A DNA stretch of 64,000 nucleotides from an uncultured Planctomycetales bacterium (lineage in GTDB: Bacteria; Planctomycetota; MHYJ01; JACPRB01), in NCBI GenBank assembly GCA_964468745.1, contig CAYXVY010000337.1:5390-69389 (forward strand). Reading direction: 5' to 3'. The notes under the pieces were generated by a model. The model made no database searches. It was not told the DNA's origin and was given only the letters and a program-made list of their open reading frames with translations. This document shows positions 54,257-64,000 of this stretch, piece after piece (the stretch's first letter is position 1; every line of letters starts with the position of its first letter). The translations under genes and the position numbers were made by a program.

Positions 54257-57200
54257 ATGGCCTACACACTGCTTCGGGTCGTCGGTCCGGATGGGACCGA
54301 AGAGATCAATCTCAACCGCGAGCGCATCACCATCGGGCGATCGTCGGAGAGCGACCTCGTCCTGAACGAGAAGAAGGCCTCGCGCAAGCACTGCGTCATC
54401 GAAATCACCGGCGCGGGCTGGAAGGTCACCGATCTCGAGAGCGGAAACGGGACTGAGGTCAACGGCGTCGACGTCCCCAGCCAGATCCTGAAGCACGACG
54501 ACATCATCCGCATCGGCGAGCACACGCTCCGGCTGATCATCGTGACGGACGCGCTCTCGACCGCTCCGTCGCCGCCGCCGACGACGCCGGTCACGCCTCC
54601 CGCGCCCGCCGCGCAGAAGATGCGCGAGTCGCAGGACGAGACCGAACGAATCCAGGTCAAGCGACGCCGGCGGATTAACGTGAGTGCGGCCGCCGGGGGT
54701 GGCATCGCCGCGGCCATCGCGGGAGCCATCGGACTGGTCGTGCTCGCGATCATGGCGTCGGGCGGGGGCTCGAACGACGACTCGACCGCGAGGAAGAAAG
54801 ACGACGGCGTGATTTACATGCCGTACGCCGGCACGACGCCGCCTTCGGAACCGAGCTCGAAGCGAGTTGAACCGAAGAGGCGTGATCCGGTCAAGGAGAC
54901 GAACCCGAGCGACTTCAACATCCCGCGGTACGACGCCCCGCCTCCGCTCGAGAGTTCCGACTTCGCGCCGCCGCCGCGCGAATCCGGCAAGCCCGACGAA
55001 GATTTCAAGATCCCGTCGCCCGCCGCCGGCCCTCGCGAAGGTCCGAAGACGACACTCGGCCGCCTCACCGCCCTGGTGATCGAGGCCGTCGAGAAAAAGA
55101 CGATTCAGTCGCCCTACGTCCCTGTCGGCAAGGAGCAGTGGCAGATCTGCGGCGGCACGATCGAGACTGTCAAACTCGCGCGCTGGGGCAAGATCGATGA
55201 AGTCCGCTGGGATTCCATGCCGCCGGATGGACTGTACAAGGCATTCAAGGCGCTCGGCACGAAACCGGACGTGCGCCTCCTTCGCGCGGAGTACGCGCTT
55301 GAGAAAGGGCTGGTCGAAGAGGCGTTCGACGAGCTCGCGGCGCTGGCGAAAGAGAAGTCGGATGCCAAGCCGCAGATCGACGAGATGCTTGCGCGCGCGT
55401 TCGGCGAGAGCGTCCCCCCCGGCGGGTACACGTACGTGTCCGGCGACTGGATGAGCGAAGCCGACCGCCGCGCGTTCGAGGCGAAGGCGAAGGTGGCGTC
55501 GTTGCTCGCGCAGATCACGTCGCTGCCGCAGTTCGACGAGGCGCGCCGCACTGTGAAGAAGGACCTGCGCGTCCTCCAGCGAAAGGCCGTGCTGCTGATC
55601 CAGAGCGAGCAGGACTACCCGGAGCACGGCGAGGGGAAGGCGGAAGGACAGCGCAAGGTCGACGAGCTCGTCGAGCAGATCCGCGAGATCTGGCTGCGCG
55701 CGTACGAGTACGTGAAGCGCAAGCACCCCGACTGGAACGCCGGATTCCGCCAGGTGCTCGACCAGCTGATCGCGAAGGCTGTCGGGGCGGATGCTCCGGT
55801 CGATCCCGCCGATCTTGAAGTGCGCATCGCGAAGGCGTTCGACCTGCGCGAATGGCCGCTGGATGGCCAGGACAAGTCGATCATCGAGCACAACAGGAAG
55901 ATTGCCGACTACCACCGGCGGCTGTGGACGGTGGCGAATGCGGACGAGATGGAGCTGCTTGCGCGGATCAACGAGTACCGCTGGCAGCTGGGGCTTCATG
56001 CGGGCGTCATGGACGAGATGCTGATGCTGGCGGGCCGGCACCACTCGAACGAGATGGCCCGGCTCGGCTACTTCTCGCACACGTCGCCCGTGAACAAGCG
56101 GTCCGGCCCCGGCGAGCGCGCGGGGGAGGAGGGGACCTCCGGCGGCAGCGAGAACATCTCGCGAGGCGGCAGCGTCCCGAGCGCCTTCGATGGCTGGTAC
56201 GGCAGCCCGCCGCACCATCGCAACATGATCGGGGGAGGGGTGCTCGGCCAGGGCGGATGTGACGGGTACGCGACGCTTCAAGTGCGCGGCAGCCCGGGCG
56301 AGATGCCGCCGTCGCAGAAGGAAATGCTGCGGCCGGCGTGGCTGCTCGACATGAGGCTCTACCCGGTCGGCCACGAGTCGGCGGGGAAGGGCGCGTCGGC
56401 GCGACGTCAATATGTGCGCGCGCGGCTCGACGTGATTCGCTGGCTGCGGACGGGCGAGGATCTCGATGCGGTGCGCCGGTTCCGCGCAAGCGCCGAGACG
56501 TGGCTTCCGTTCATCCTGGCGGATCTCAAGGCGGCTCAAGGCGTGTGGGCGGCGGTGCTGCTCGATATCGTCGGCGCGCTCAAGGCGCGCGATGGGATCA
56601 GCGCGGCGCTTGCGTCGCTCGACAATGTCGATCCTTGGGTGAGATTCGTCGCCGCCGAGACGTGCGGCAAATTCGCGGGGATCACCGAGGCGCCGACGGC
56701 GACGGTGCGGGCGGGCGAGACGGTGGCGGAGGGGGCGGCGCTTGCAGAGCCGGCCGCCAAGCGGATCGCGCGCCGGCTGGTCGAGCAACTGACCCGCGAG
56801 GGGCACGAGGCGGTCAATGCGGCGGTCATGGCGGCGCTTGCCGAAATCGGATGGCCGGAGGGACTCGCGGCGCTCCGCCAGATTCGCGCAAGCGCGGGAA
56901 GCTGGCGATATCGGTACTGGGCGACGAAGGCGTGGACGAAGTCGAAGAGCGGCAAGGGGGAGATCGCGCTGTCGCTCAACGACGAACGCCGGGCCGTGCG
57001 CGAGATTGCCGCGTCGCTTCTCGGGTTCGATCAGAATCCCGACTTCGACAAACTCGTTCAGGAGTCGTCGGGCAAGCGGGGCGAGTACCTGCTGGTCTAT
57101 TACGCGCGCGAGCCGCAGTGGCTCGTCGTTGCGAACGCACTCGTCGGAAACCAGAACGCCGAGGTGCGCATGCATGCTGCGTGCGGGCTCGGCCGAATGC

Positions 57201-57388
57201 CGCGCAAGGAAGTCTGGCAGGTGCTGATCAAGGCGGCGACGGAGAGCAGCCCATTCGAGACGAAGCTCTTCTCGTGGCGCTCGGCGATGGATGTCGATGC
57301 GGGCCAGACGCGTCCACTTCTCGAGCAGGCGGCGGCTGCGACGGGGGACAAGGAGAAGCGGGCCAGGCTCGAAGAGCTGATCCGCTGA
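54257..57388 (+). CDS. FHA + TM + CAP(SCP) + HEAT-repeat protein
   Basis: IGRS..SRKH..DL.S.NGT (FHA); TM; IN.YR..HS..M...YFSH..ENI..W..SP.H..NM (CAP); C-terminal HEAT-like repeats. Confidence 0.85.
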   Translation: MAYTLLRVVGPDGTEEINLNRERITIGRSSESDLVLNEKKASRKHCVIEITGAGWKVTDLESGNGTEVNGVDVPSQILKHDDIIRIGEHTLRLIIVTDALSTAPSPPPTTPVTPPAPAAQKMRESQDETERIQVKRRRRINVSAAAGGGIAAAIAGAIGLVVLAIMASGGGSNDDSTARKKDDGVIYMPYAGTTPPSEPSSKRVEPKRRDPVKETNPSDFNIPRYDAPPPLESSDFAPPPRESGKPDEDFKIPSPAAGPREGPKTTLGRLTALVIEAVEKKTIQSPYVPVGKEQWQICGGTIETVKLARWGKIDEVRWDSMPPDGLYKAFKALGTKPDVRLLRAEYALEKGLVEEAFDELAALAKEKSDAKPQIDEMLARAFGESVPPGGYTYVSGDWMSEADRRAFEAKAKVASLLAQITSLPQFDEARRTVKKDLRVLQRKAVLLIQSEQDYPEHGEGKAEGQRKVDELVEQIREIWLRAYEYVKRKHPDWNAGFRQVLDQLIAKAVGADAPVDPADLEVRIAKAFDLREWPLDGQDKSIIEHNRKIADYHRRLWTVANADEMELLARINEYRWQLGLHAGVMDEMLMLAGRHHSNEMARLGYFSHTSPVNKRSGPGERAGEEGTSGGSENISRGGSVPSAFDGWYGSPPHHRNMIGGGVLGQGGCDGYATLQVRGSPGEMPPSQKEMLRPAWLLDMRLYPVGHESAGKGASARRQYVRARLDVIRWLRTGEDLDAVRRFRASAETWLPFILADLKAAQGVWAAVLLDIVGALKARDGISAALASLDNVDPWVRFVAAETCGKFAGITEAPTATVRAGETVAEGAALAEPAAKRIARRLVEQLTREGHEAVNAAVMAALAEIGWPEGLAALRQIRASAGSWRYRYWATKAWTKSKSGKGEIALSLNDERRAVREIAASLLGFDQNPDFDKLVQESSGKRGEYLLVYYAREPQWLVVANALVGNQNAEVRMHAACGLGRMPRKEVWQVLIKAATESSPFETKLFSWRSAMDVDAGQTRPLLEQAAAATGDKEKRARLEELIR

Positions 57389-57570
57389 TGCATTGAGCCG
57401 TTGAAGAGGGCCGACAGACTTCCGTAAATCGGCCCTGAACAGCCGGTGAAATCCCGCGTCCACCGGGGGTTTTCCTGCACTCGGGCTCGTTCCACACGCG
57501 CCCGGAGAGTGCACCGGACTGGCACGACGATTGCCGCAGTTATGTCAGTCCCAGCGCGGGAAGGTGCCCC

Positions 57571-58782
57571 ATGCATCGCGGCGCGCTTTTCATGCTGTTC
57601 ATTGCCGGCCTTTGCGGCTGCGGCGGCAGCGGCGGTGGGGGCGCTCCGTCCCCGAACCCCTACTGGATGCGCAACGAGGTCGCTGCGGCGGTGCAGCAGA
57701 CGACGGACGGTGGATGGGTTCTGACGGGACATGTCGTGCCCACGGAGGCGCCGGACTTCGCCGACATGTTCGCGATGAAAGTCGACGCCACCGGCGTCGT
57801 CACGTGGGCGAGGAAATTCGGCGGTGCGGGGGACGATCGCGGGCGGTCGGTCCAGCAGACGGCGGACGGCGGGTACGTCGCCGTCGGATACAGCGATTCG
57901 TTCGGCGACGGTTCGGACGACGCCTACATCGTCAAGCTGGACGCGGCCGGCGATCTCGAGTGGCAGTGGACGAGTGGCCGCGCGGGCGATGATCGCGCGC
58001 ATTCCGTGGTTCAGATCGCGGCGATCGCGCCGTCTCAGCCGTATGTGACGAGCACGATGGTCGCGGGGATCGCGAAGACGGGCGACGGGGCGGATGCGAT
58101 CTACATTCTCCGCGTGGACCCCGCTGGAACCGTGACGTCGGAGGGGATCCTGGATCCTGGGGTGCACCTGAGTTGGCGGTCGTGGACGTGGGCGAACGAG
58201 ATCGTGCAGACGTCCGACGGCGGATTCGCGATCGCCGGCGAGTGGACGAACAACGTCGGCTACCATCTCTGGCTGCTGGCGCGGCTGGACACGGGGGGTG
58301 TGCCGGTTTGGTGGAAGACGGACACGGCGGCCGGCGGCGAGGGTGCGTGGGGCCTGCGCCAGCTCGGGGACGGCGGATTCATTCTGGTGGAGACGACGAA
58401 GCTGGTCCGCACGAATGCGGTCGGCGACGTCGTCTGGAAGTACCCGTATGCGCCGACAGGAGGGTCCTACCAGTTCCGCTCGATCGATCGAGCGCCAGGA
58501 GGCGGCTTCGTCGTGTGCGGCGAGGCGTTTCCGTCGGGGGACGCGACCCTGCTGAAAACGGACGACAATGGCGCGCTGCAATGGGCGGCCCAGTATGGCG
58601 TAGTGCCGCAATCCGGCGACTTCGCCCTCGATGTGCAAGCGTGTGTTGGCGGCGGCTATATCCTCGCAGGATGGGGCGGTCTGTTCGATCACCCGTCGGC
58701 GGACATCCTCCTCATCCGGACGGATGCCTCCGGGGGCAGCGCTACGTGGTACGCGGTTTCGGACGCCATCCCGTTGGACTGA
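57571..58782 (+). CDS. Lipoprotein with ~50-aa beta-propeller-like repeats
   Basis: LCG-C lipobox; repeated Q(Q)T.DGG(Y/F)..G...D.Y..K.D..G...W units. Confidence 0.8.
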   Translation: MHRGALFMLFIAGLCGCGGSGGGGAPSPNPYWMRNEVAAAVQQTTDGGWVLTGHVVPTEAPDFADMFAMKVDATGVVTWARKFGGAGDDRGRSVQQTADGGYVAVGYSDSFGDGSDDAYIVKLDAAGDLEWQWTSGRAGDDRAHSVVQIAAIAPSQPYVTSTMVAGIAKTGDGADAIYILRVDPAGTVTSEGILDPGVHLSWRSWTWANEIVQTSDGGFAIAGEWTNNVGYHLWLLARLDTGGVPVWWKTDTAAGGEGAWGLRQLGDGGFILVETTKLVRTNAVGDVVWKYPYAPTGGSYQFRSIDRAPGGGFVVCGEAFPSGDATLLKTDDNGALQWAAQYGVVPQSGDFALDVQACVGGGYILAGWGGLFDHPSADILLIRTDASGGSATWYAVSDAIPLD

Positions 58783-59201
58783 CGACGCAGACGCGCGAAC
58801 GGCATCGTACGCAAGGTCGAGGGATGGTCCATGGGCCTTCTCCTGGCCCGAATTGTCGCGGGACTCCAGCTCGCGGTCGACGTGCTTGCGCTGCTGCAGT
58901 CGACTGAACTCCAAACTTCGCAGGGTGGGCGTAAGCGCACCATGATCGCCGCTATCGGCCCCGGGTCCGTTCGAATGCCGTTCCTGGCCCCGTTGAGTCC
59001 TCGCACGGGCCGATCCCATGCGCCCGCACAGGTCATCGCCCGAGGCTGAGCCTGTCACCCCTACGATCTCACGCCTGTTCAAATGGCTCCCCTTGTCCGG
59101 GCGCGCACCTCTGGATCCTGCTTGCGCGGCGTGATGCCGCCAGGCATGTCGACCGCGCCACCGTACCCCCGTCGCCGGGCCCGATGTAGACTGGCTGCCC
59201 G

Positions 59202-62200
59202 ATGGACCCGGCCGACTCCTCCACCTGCGTCCAGTGCGGCGGCAGCCTCGTGGGATCCATCGCGAAGAACTACTTCGACGGTCGCTGCATGGCCTGCATC
59301 CAGAAGGCGACCCCCGCCACCGCGGACGCCACCGCCGTCACGCCGGGCCGCCTCCACGACCCCGATCCGCCCCCGCCCCTCCTCGGCGCGTACGAAGTCC
59401 TCGAACCCATCGGCCGCGGCGGTATGGGCACTGTCTACCGCGCCCGACAGCGCGGACTCAACCGCATCGTCGCCATCAAGATGTTGCCGCGTTCCGTCGA
59501 ACAGCACGAGATCGACCGCTTTTTCGCCGAAGCCCGCGCCGCCGCGAAACTCCACCACCCGAACATCGTCCCCATCCACGACGTGTGCAGTCACGACGGC
59601 CGCACGTTTTACGCGATGGACCTCGTCGAGGGCGAGACGCTCGAGAAGGCCGTCAAGTCCGGCCGCCTCACGCTTGCGCAGCGACTGCAGATCGTCGCGC
59701 GCGCCGCCCGCGCCGTCCACTACGCGAACGAGAACGGCGTCGTTCACCGCGACCTGAAGCCGTCGAACATCCTCGTCAACGCAAGCGGCGATCCGATCGT
59801 CATGGACTTCGGCCTCGCCAAGGACATCTCGACGCAGGCCGGCCTCACGCAGAGCGGCCAGATCCTCGGCACCCCGAGCTACATGGCGCCCGAGCAGGCC
59901 GAGGCGCGCAAGCAGGACATCGATGCCCGCACCGACGTCTACGGCCTCGGCGCCACCCTCTACTTCTGCCTGGCGGCGCGCGCGCCGCACGAAGGGGCCG
60001 ACCCCTACAAGGTCATCTGGAGCGTCGTCAACTCCGAGCCCAAGGCGTTGCCGGAGGTTGCGCGCGACGTCGAGACGATCTGCCTGAAGGCGCTCCGCAA
60101 GGATCGCGCCTCGCGCTACGCGACCGCGGCCGCCATGGCGGACGACCTAGACCATTATCTGCGCGGCGAACCGATCCAGGCGCGACCGTCGGGAGTGCTC
60201 GAACGCTTGGCGATGCGCGCGCGACGCCATCGCATCGCCATAGCCGCGGCGGCGCTCGTTGCCGCCCTCACCGCCATCGCGGTCCTGACCTATGTTCGCA
60301 CGCGCCCCGGCCTCCTCGAGATCGACGCGCCGGCGGGCACGGCCGTCCTCGTCAACGGCGACAAGCTCGACGGACGCAGCCGCCATGTCTGGCCCGGCGC
60401 GGTGGAGATTCGCGCGGAGCGCCCCGGCCATCACGCGCTGGTGAAGGTCATCGAGGTGGGGCCGGGCTCGACGCAGTCGATCCGACTCGAGCTGCAGCCG
60501 CGGACGGGACGCGTCTCGATCCAGTCGCATCCGGTGAACGTGACGGCCACGCTTCGGCACGAGTCGGGCGTCACGACGAGCGTCACCTGCCCGGTGCGGG
60601 ACGCGGAACTGATGGTGGGGCGCTACACCGTCGTGGGGCGGCTCGAAGGGTGCGTCGACGCGCACGACGAAATCATGGTCTCGGAAGGGAGCCAGTCCCT
60701 CTACGTCTGCGCGCAGCCCCGGCTCCTGAAGTCGGGCAAGGTCAGCGAGCCCGTGCGACGGCTGCTCGCCGCGCCGCACGTCGCCGGTCTCTACGTGATC
60801 GGCGACAAGCAGTGTTGGTGCAGCTGCCCGTACACGGCCGAGTTCGACCCCACGCCGCGCGCGCTGCCGGGCGACGTGGCCGCGTTCCTACCGGACGTGT
60901 TCGACGGCGACGTCGTGGCGATCTGCCGGACCGGCGAGGATGCGGTCGAGGCGCTCGGTGCGTACTACGCCATGTTCAGGAGAAGAGTGTGGCGGTTCGC
61001 GCCCGGCACGGGACGGGTGGAGTCCCCGTTTCTGCTCGGCAACCGGGTGGCGGTGGTGAGTTCGGCCGGCCGCGGGGCCGCGCTCCGGGCAACGGTGCAC
61101 CTGCTGACCTCGAGTGACGGTACGCCGCTGTGGTCCGCCGACACCGGAGCCGACCGCAACACCGTCGGACCCGCGCTCGACATGGACGACGACGCCACGC
61201 CCGATGTCCTCGCGTGGGGCACGGGGGTGGTCGTCCTGTCGGGACAGTCCGGAGCGACGATCAAGCAGATCGACGCGCCGCAGTGCGTGCTCGCCTGCAC
61301 GCCGGCGCCGAATATGGTCGTCATCGTTACGCGTCGCGGTGCGGCCGTTCACGACATCCGCGCCGGGAGCGTGCTGGGCACCTGGAGCGGCTCGGGCGAA
61401 GTGAGCGGCGCGGCCCCTTGCGACGGCGGGATTCTCGTCGCTGATGCCGGCGGCGTGCACCTCATCGATGCGGCCACGGCGCGCGTTGTCTGGACGCGGC
61501 CGGTCACGCTGCAGCGCCCAACGCCGATGCTCGCCACGGATGTGGACGGGGACGGCATCCGCGACGCCATCGTGCCCGGAGAGGGCGCGCTCATGTGCCT
61601 CTCCGGCAAGGACGGCGCGACGACGTGGGCGTATGCGCTCGATCGCGGGCAGAACCTGACGGCGATCCTGGCGTACGAGGAGGCGGGGCGATGCATCCGT
61701 ATCGCGGCTGGATTCGAGTCGGGAGCCGTGATCGTTCTGCGTGCGGAGCCGTTCCTTGAGTCGCGTGTCCTTCCGACGCGCGACGACGGGCGGCGCCCGG
61801 CGCAGGCCATCCCCGCGGGGCGAGCCGACGCGACGTGGCCCGACGTCATTCACCTGGACGCGACGTCCGTGAAGCGCGTCGCGCTGCAGAGCGGCGTCAC
61901 GCTGTGGGAGACGCCCATGCCGGGCGGCTGGACGTACTTCGAGTGGCCGCCGGCTGGAATGTGGGCCGGCGAGCGCCTCGTCGTACGCACCGCGAAGACG
62001 CTGACGGCGGTCGATGCGATGGACGGGAGGTTGCTGTGGAGCAAGCCGACCGCGGACGGTTCGGGCGGGGAACTGGCCGATATCGGCGACGGGCTGGTCT
62101 TCATCTCCGGCGCGGGAGGGGGACGGTGCGTCGATCTGCGCACCGGCGTGGAGCGATGGACGGTGCGCGCGCCGCGGATCGCGGGGGTCGCGCGGCTGGA

Positions 62201-63782
62201 CGGCGACGCGTGCGCGATGGCGCTCTGCGACGCGGAGGCGGACCCGACGTACCCCGACCTCAACGGGCGCATTGTCGTTCTGGGGCTCGAGGACGGTCGC
62301 GAACGGCGCTCGACGCGCGCCCATGTGGCGCGAATCAAACCCTGGGGGGAGACGGCCGCATTGCAGGTGGCACGGCTGACCGAGGACGACACTCCGGATT
62401 ATGTGCTCAAGGCGGAAATGCTCACTCAGGCGATCGACGGTGCGACAGGTCGCGTGCTGTGGGTGCGCATCGATGCACTGTCCCGCGGTCCGAGCGTGCT
62501 GTTCGATTGCGACAGCGATGGCCGTTCCGAGCTGCTCATGAACGGCATTCGCGCGACGTGCCTGGACACGCGATCAGGCAAGACGCGGTGGGTCTGCCCG
62601 CCATTGCAGTCCTCGACCTCGTCCGCCGGGCCGCTGGTGGTGCCGATGGAAGACGTGTCGTGGGCCACGCTCGTGCGCGAAGTTGCGCCCGAAACCGGCG
62701 GCACGCTGCGGCACGTCGCGTGGGGACACGCGCGTTCGCAAGGACTGGAAAGTCGTCATTCGATCCGCCTCGGCACGACACCTCTGGGGGTGTTCCTCGA
62801 GAACGGGCAGGTCATTGCCCAGCGGCTAGCGATGCACGACCCCGGGCCGGTGGAGATGCGCTGGATCGACGCGCGAAGTACGAGCGTCGTGCGGTGGCCT
62901 GCGGCATCGCCGGAGAGGGCATGGATCGCGACGACTCCGGAGCTGGCCATGGAATACTTCTCGGAAGTGGTGCGGACGTCGGGAACGCGGGAGTTGTCGG
63001 ACGTGGCGGTGGTCGAGGCGTCGGACGACTGGCCGGGTCCCGCGTGGCGGGCAGTCCTCTCGCCGGAGGCGAAGGCGGGCCTGGGTTTGTGGATGCGCCT
63101 GTGCGTGCCGACGTATTCGCTGTCGCGCCCGCGTGTGCGCATTGAGACGGCCGGCAGCGACGCGCGGGCGACGCTCGCGGAGCCGTTCCTCGGGCTTCGG
63201 GAGTATCGCCTGCGACTGGTCGACGGCGTGTGGAAGGTGGTGCTGCCGCTGACGCGCGCGTTCATGAAGAGCGCCATCGAAGGAGACGCGCTGCCCGCGA
63301 ACGACGCGGCGGCGCTGCGGGCGTTGATGTCGATCGCGACCGCGCAAGCGGACTTCAGGCATAACGATCGCGATCGGGACCGGATCGCCGCCTACTGGAC
63401 AGGGGACGTGGCGGGCCTGTATGCGCTGGACGACATCCGGTTGATCGATCCGGAGGTTTCGGCGGCAGACGCGGCGCCGCTGCCGGCTCACGATCGGAAC
63501 GCAGGGAAGGGGCCGGTTGCGAGGAGCGGCTATCTCTTCCGGACGATGACGGACGATGCGGCCGGCGCGCCGTACCAGCAGGACCTGAACAAGGATGGGG
63601 CGGCGACGGAGAACCGGACGTCGTACGGCGTGTGCACGTGGCCTGTGGAGTATCCGAAGAGCGGGCGCTACACGTTCATCGTGAACCAGGACAATGTGAT
63701 CTGGAAGAGGGACACGGGGGGGCAGGTCGTGCTGCAGTTCCCGAAAGACCCGAAGGCGGAGGGGTGGACGAAGGGGGAATAG
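59202..63782 (+). CDS. Membrane Ser/Thr kinase with Zn ribbon, PEGA-like, PQQ/FG-GAP propeller and C-terminal DUF2950/pilin-like domain
   Basis: IGRGGMGTVY, VAIK, HRDLKPSN, DFGLA, GTPSYMAPEQ; TM; D.DGDG..D repeats; GY.F..WP.EY..SGR.TFIVNQ. Confidence 0.92.
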   Translation: MDPADSSTCVQCGGSLVGSIAKNYFDGRCMACIQKATPATADATAVTPGRLHDPDPPPPLLGAYEVLEPIGRGGMGTVYRARQRGLNRIVAIKMLPRSVEQHEIDRFFAEARAAAKLHHPNIVPIHDVCSHDGRTFYAMDLVEGETLEKAVKSGRLTLAQRLQIVARAARAVHYANENGVVHRDLKPSNILVNASGDPIVMDFGLAKDISTQAGLTQSGQILGTPSYMAPEQAEARKQDIDARTDVYGLGATLYFCLAARAPHEGADPYKVIWSVVNSEPKALPEVARDVETICLKALRKDRASRYATAAAMADDLDHYLRGEPIQARPSGVLERLAMRARRHRIAIAAAALVAALTAIAVLTYVRTRPGLLEIDAPAGTAVLVNGDKLDGRSRHVWPGAVEIRAERPGHHALVKVIEVGPGSTQSIRLELQPRTGRVSIQSHPVNVTATLRHESGVTTSVTCPVRDAELMVGRYTVVGRLEGCVDAHDEIMVSEGSQSLYVCAQPRLLKSGKVSEPVRRLLAAPHVAGLYVIGDKQCWCSCPYTAEFDPTPRALPGDVAAFLPDVFDGDVVAICRTGEDAVEALGAYYAMFRRRVWRFAPGTGRVESPFLLGNRVAVVSSAGRGAALRATVHLLTSSDGTPLWSADTGADRNTVGPALDMDDDATPDVLAWGTGVVVLSGQSGATIKQIDAPQCVLACTPAPNMVVIVTRRGAAVHDIRAGSVLGTWSGSGEVSGAAPCDGGILVADAGGVHLIDAATARVVWTRPVTLQRPTPMLATDVDGDGIRDAIVPGEGALMCLSGKDGATTWAYALDRGQNLTAILAYEEAGRCIRIAAGFESGAVIVLRAEPFLESRVLPTRDDGRRPAQAIPAGRADATWPDVIHLDATSVKRVALQSGVTLWETPMPGGWTYFEWPPAGMWAGERLVVRTAKTLTAVDAMDGRLLWSKPTADGSGGELADIGDGLVFISGAGGGRCVDLRTGVERWTVRAPRIAGVARLDGDACAMALCDAEADPTYPDLNGRIVVLGLEDGRERRSTRAHVARIKPWGETAALQVARLTEDDTPDYVLKAEMLTQAIDGATGRVLWVRIDALSRGPSVLFDCDSDGRSELLMNGIRATCLDTRSGKTRWVCPPLQSSTSSAGPLVVPMEDVSWATLVREVAPETGGTLRHVAWGHARSQGLESRHSIRLGTTPLGVFLENGQVIAQRLAMHDPGPVEMRWIDARSTSVVRWPAASPERAWIATTPELAMEYFSEVVRTSGTRELSDVAVVEASDDWPGPAWRAVLSPEAKAGLGLWMRLCVPTYSLSRPRVRIETAGSDARATLAEPFLGLREYRLRLVDGVWKVVLPLTRAFMKSAIEGDALPANDAAALRALMSIATAQADFRHNDRDRDRIAAYWTGDVAGLYALDDIRLIDPEVSAADAAPLPAHDRNAGKGPVARSGYLFRTMTDDAAGAPYQQDLNKDGAATENRTSYGVCTWPVEYPKSGRYTFIVNQDNVIWKRDTGGQVVLQFPKDPKAEGWTKGE

Positions 63783-63863
63783 GAGAACCGTCGCATCTGT
63801 GCGACCGGTTGTCCCGATTGCAGGGCGCTTGCTGTCATCGCCGCCACTGACAGGAGGCACGCG

Positions 63864-64000
63864 ATGCGCACTTCATTCGCACTCTTCACAACGCTGGCCC
63901 TCGCCGCCGGTTGCGCCCACGAGGGGCCCGCGCCCGACCTCAACATCACCGAGCGCAAGATGATGCACCTGCACGACGTAGAGGCGTTCGACGCGCCCGC
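63864..64000 (+). CDS. Lipoprotein, 5' fragment (truncated by the window end)
   Basis: AGGAGG RBS; MRTSFALFTTLALAAG-C lipobox. Confidence 0.7.
   Translation, partial: MRTSFALFTTLALAAGCAHEGPAPDLNITERKMMHLHDVEAFDAP

Noticed and set aside
44205-57514. Long ORFs 44205..47012(-), the 5' part of 49540..52713(+), the 5' part of 50908..52956(-), and 54218..57514(-)
   Set aside because: Shadows opposite well-supported genes (liuE/cstA, cysS/ispF, the secreted protein, the FHA protein).
58790-59200. Short ORFs between the propeller lipoprotein and the kinase
   Set aside because: No recognisable motif or convincing RBS.

Overview
High-GC bacterial chromosomal segment. Gene content points to a diderm Planctomycetota-like organism (inference): eukaryote-type Ser/Thr kinase, FHA protein, Zn-ribbon membrane proteins, prenyltransferase-repeat proteins and a WXG100/FtsK locus. 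Core genes are dnaB-rplI-rpsR-ssb-rpsF-pth-rplY-prs-glmU, cysS-ispF, deoC, rpiB, a leucine-catabolism set (liuB/C/D/E-like), cstA, mgtE, and a murein-recycling-like set (opp ABC, nagZ, anmK, murQ). The most unusual signals, most of them missed by the ORF track, are: (1) three exported or membrane genes with in-frame UGA at Cys-like positions, each followed by SECIS-like hairpins, i.e. candidate selenoproteins, including a VKOR with a U-x-x-U active site; (2) two circularly permuted OppA-type lipoproteins; (3) a minimal WXG100 x3 + FtsK/EssC-like type VII-like locus; (4) a ~390-nt heavily base-paired intergenic RNA candidate; (5) a tRNA with an Ala anticodon but non-Ala identity elements next to a second ssb; (6) a 42-bp double-palindrome tandem array. 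Family assignments come from motif recognition by eye; no database searches were run.
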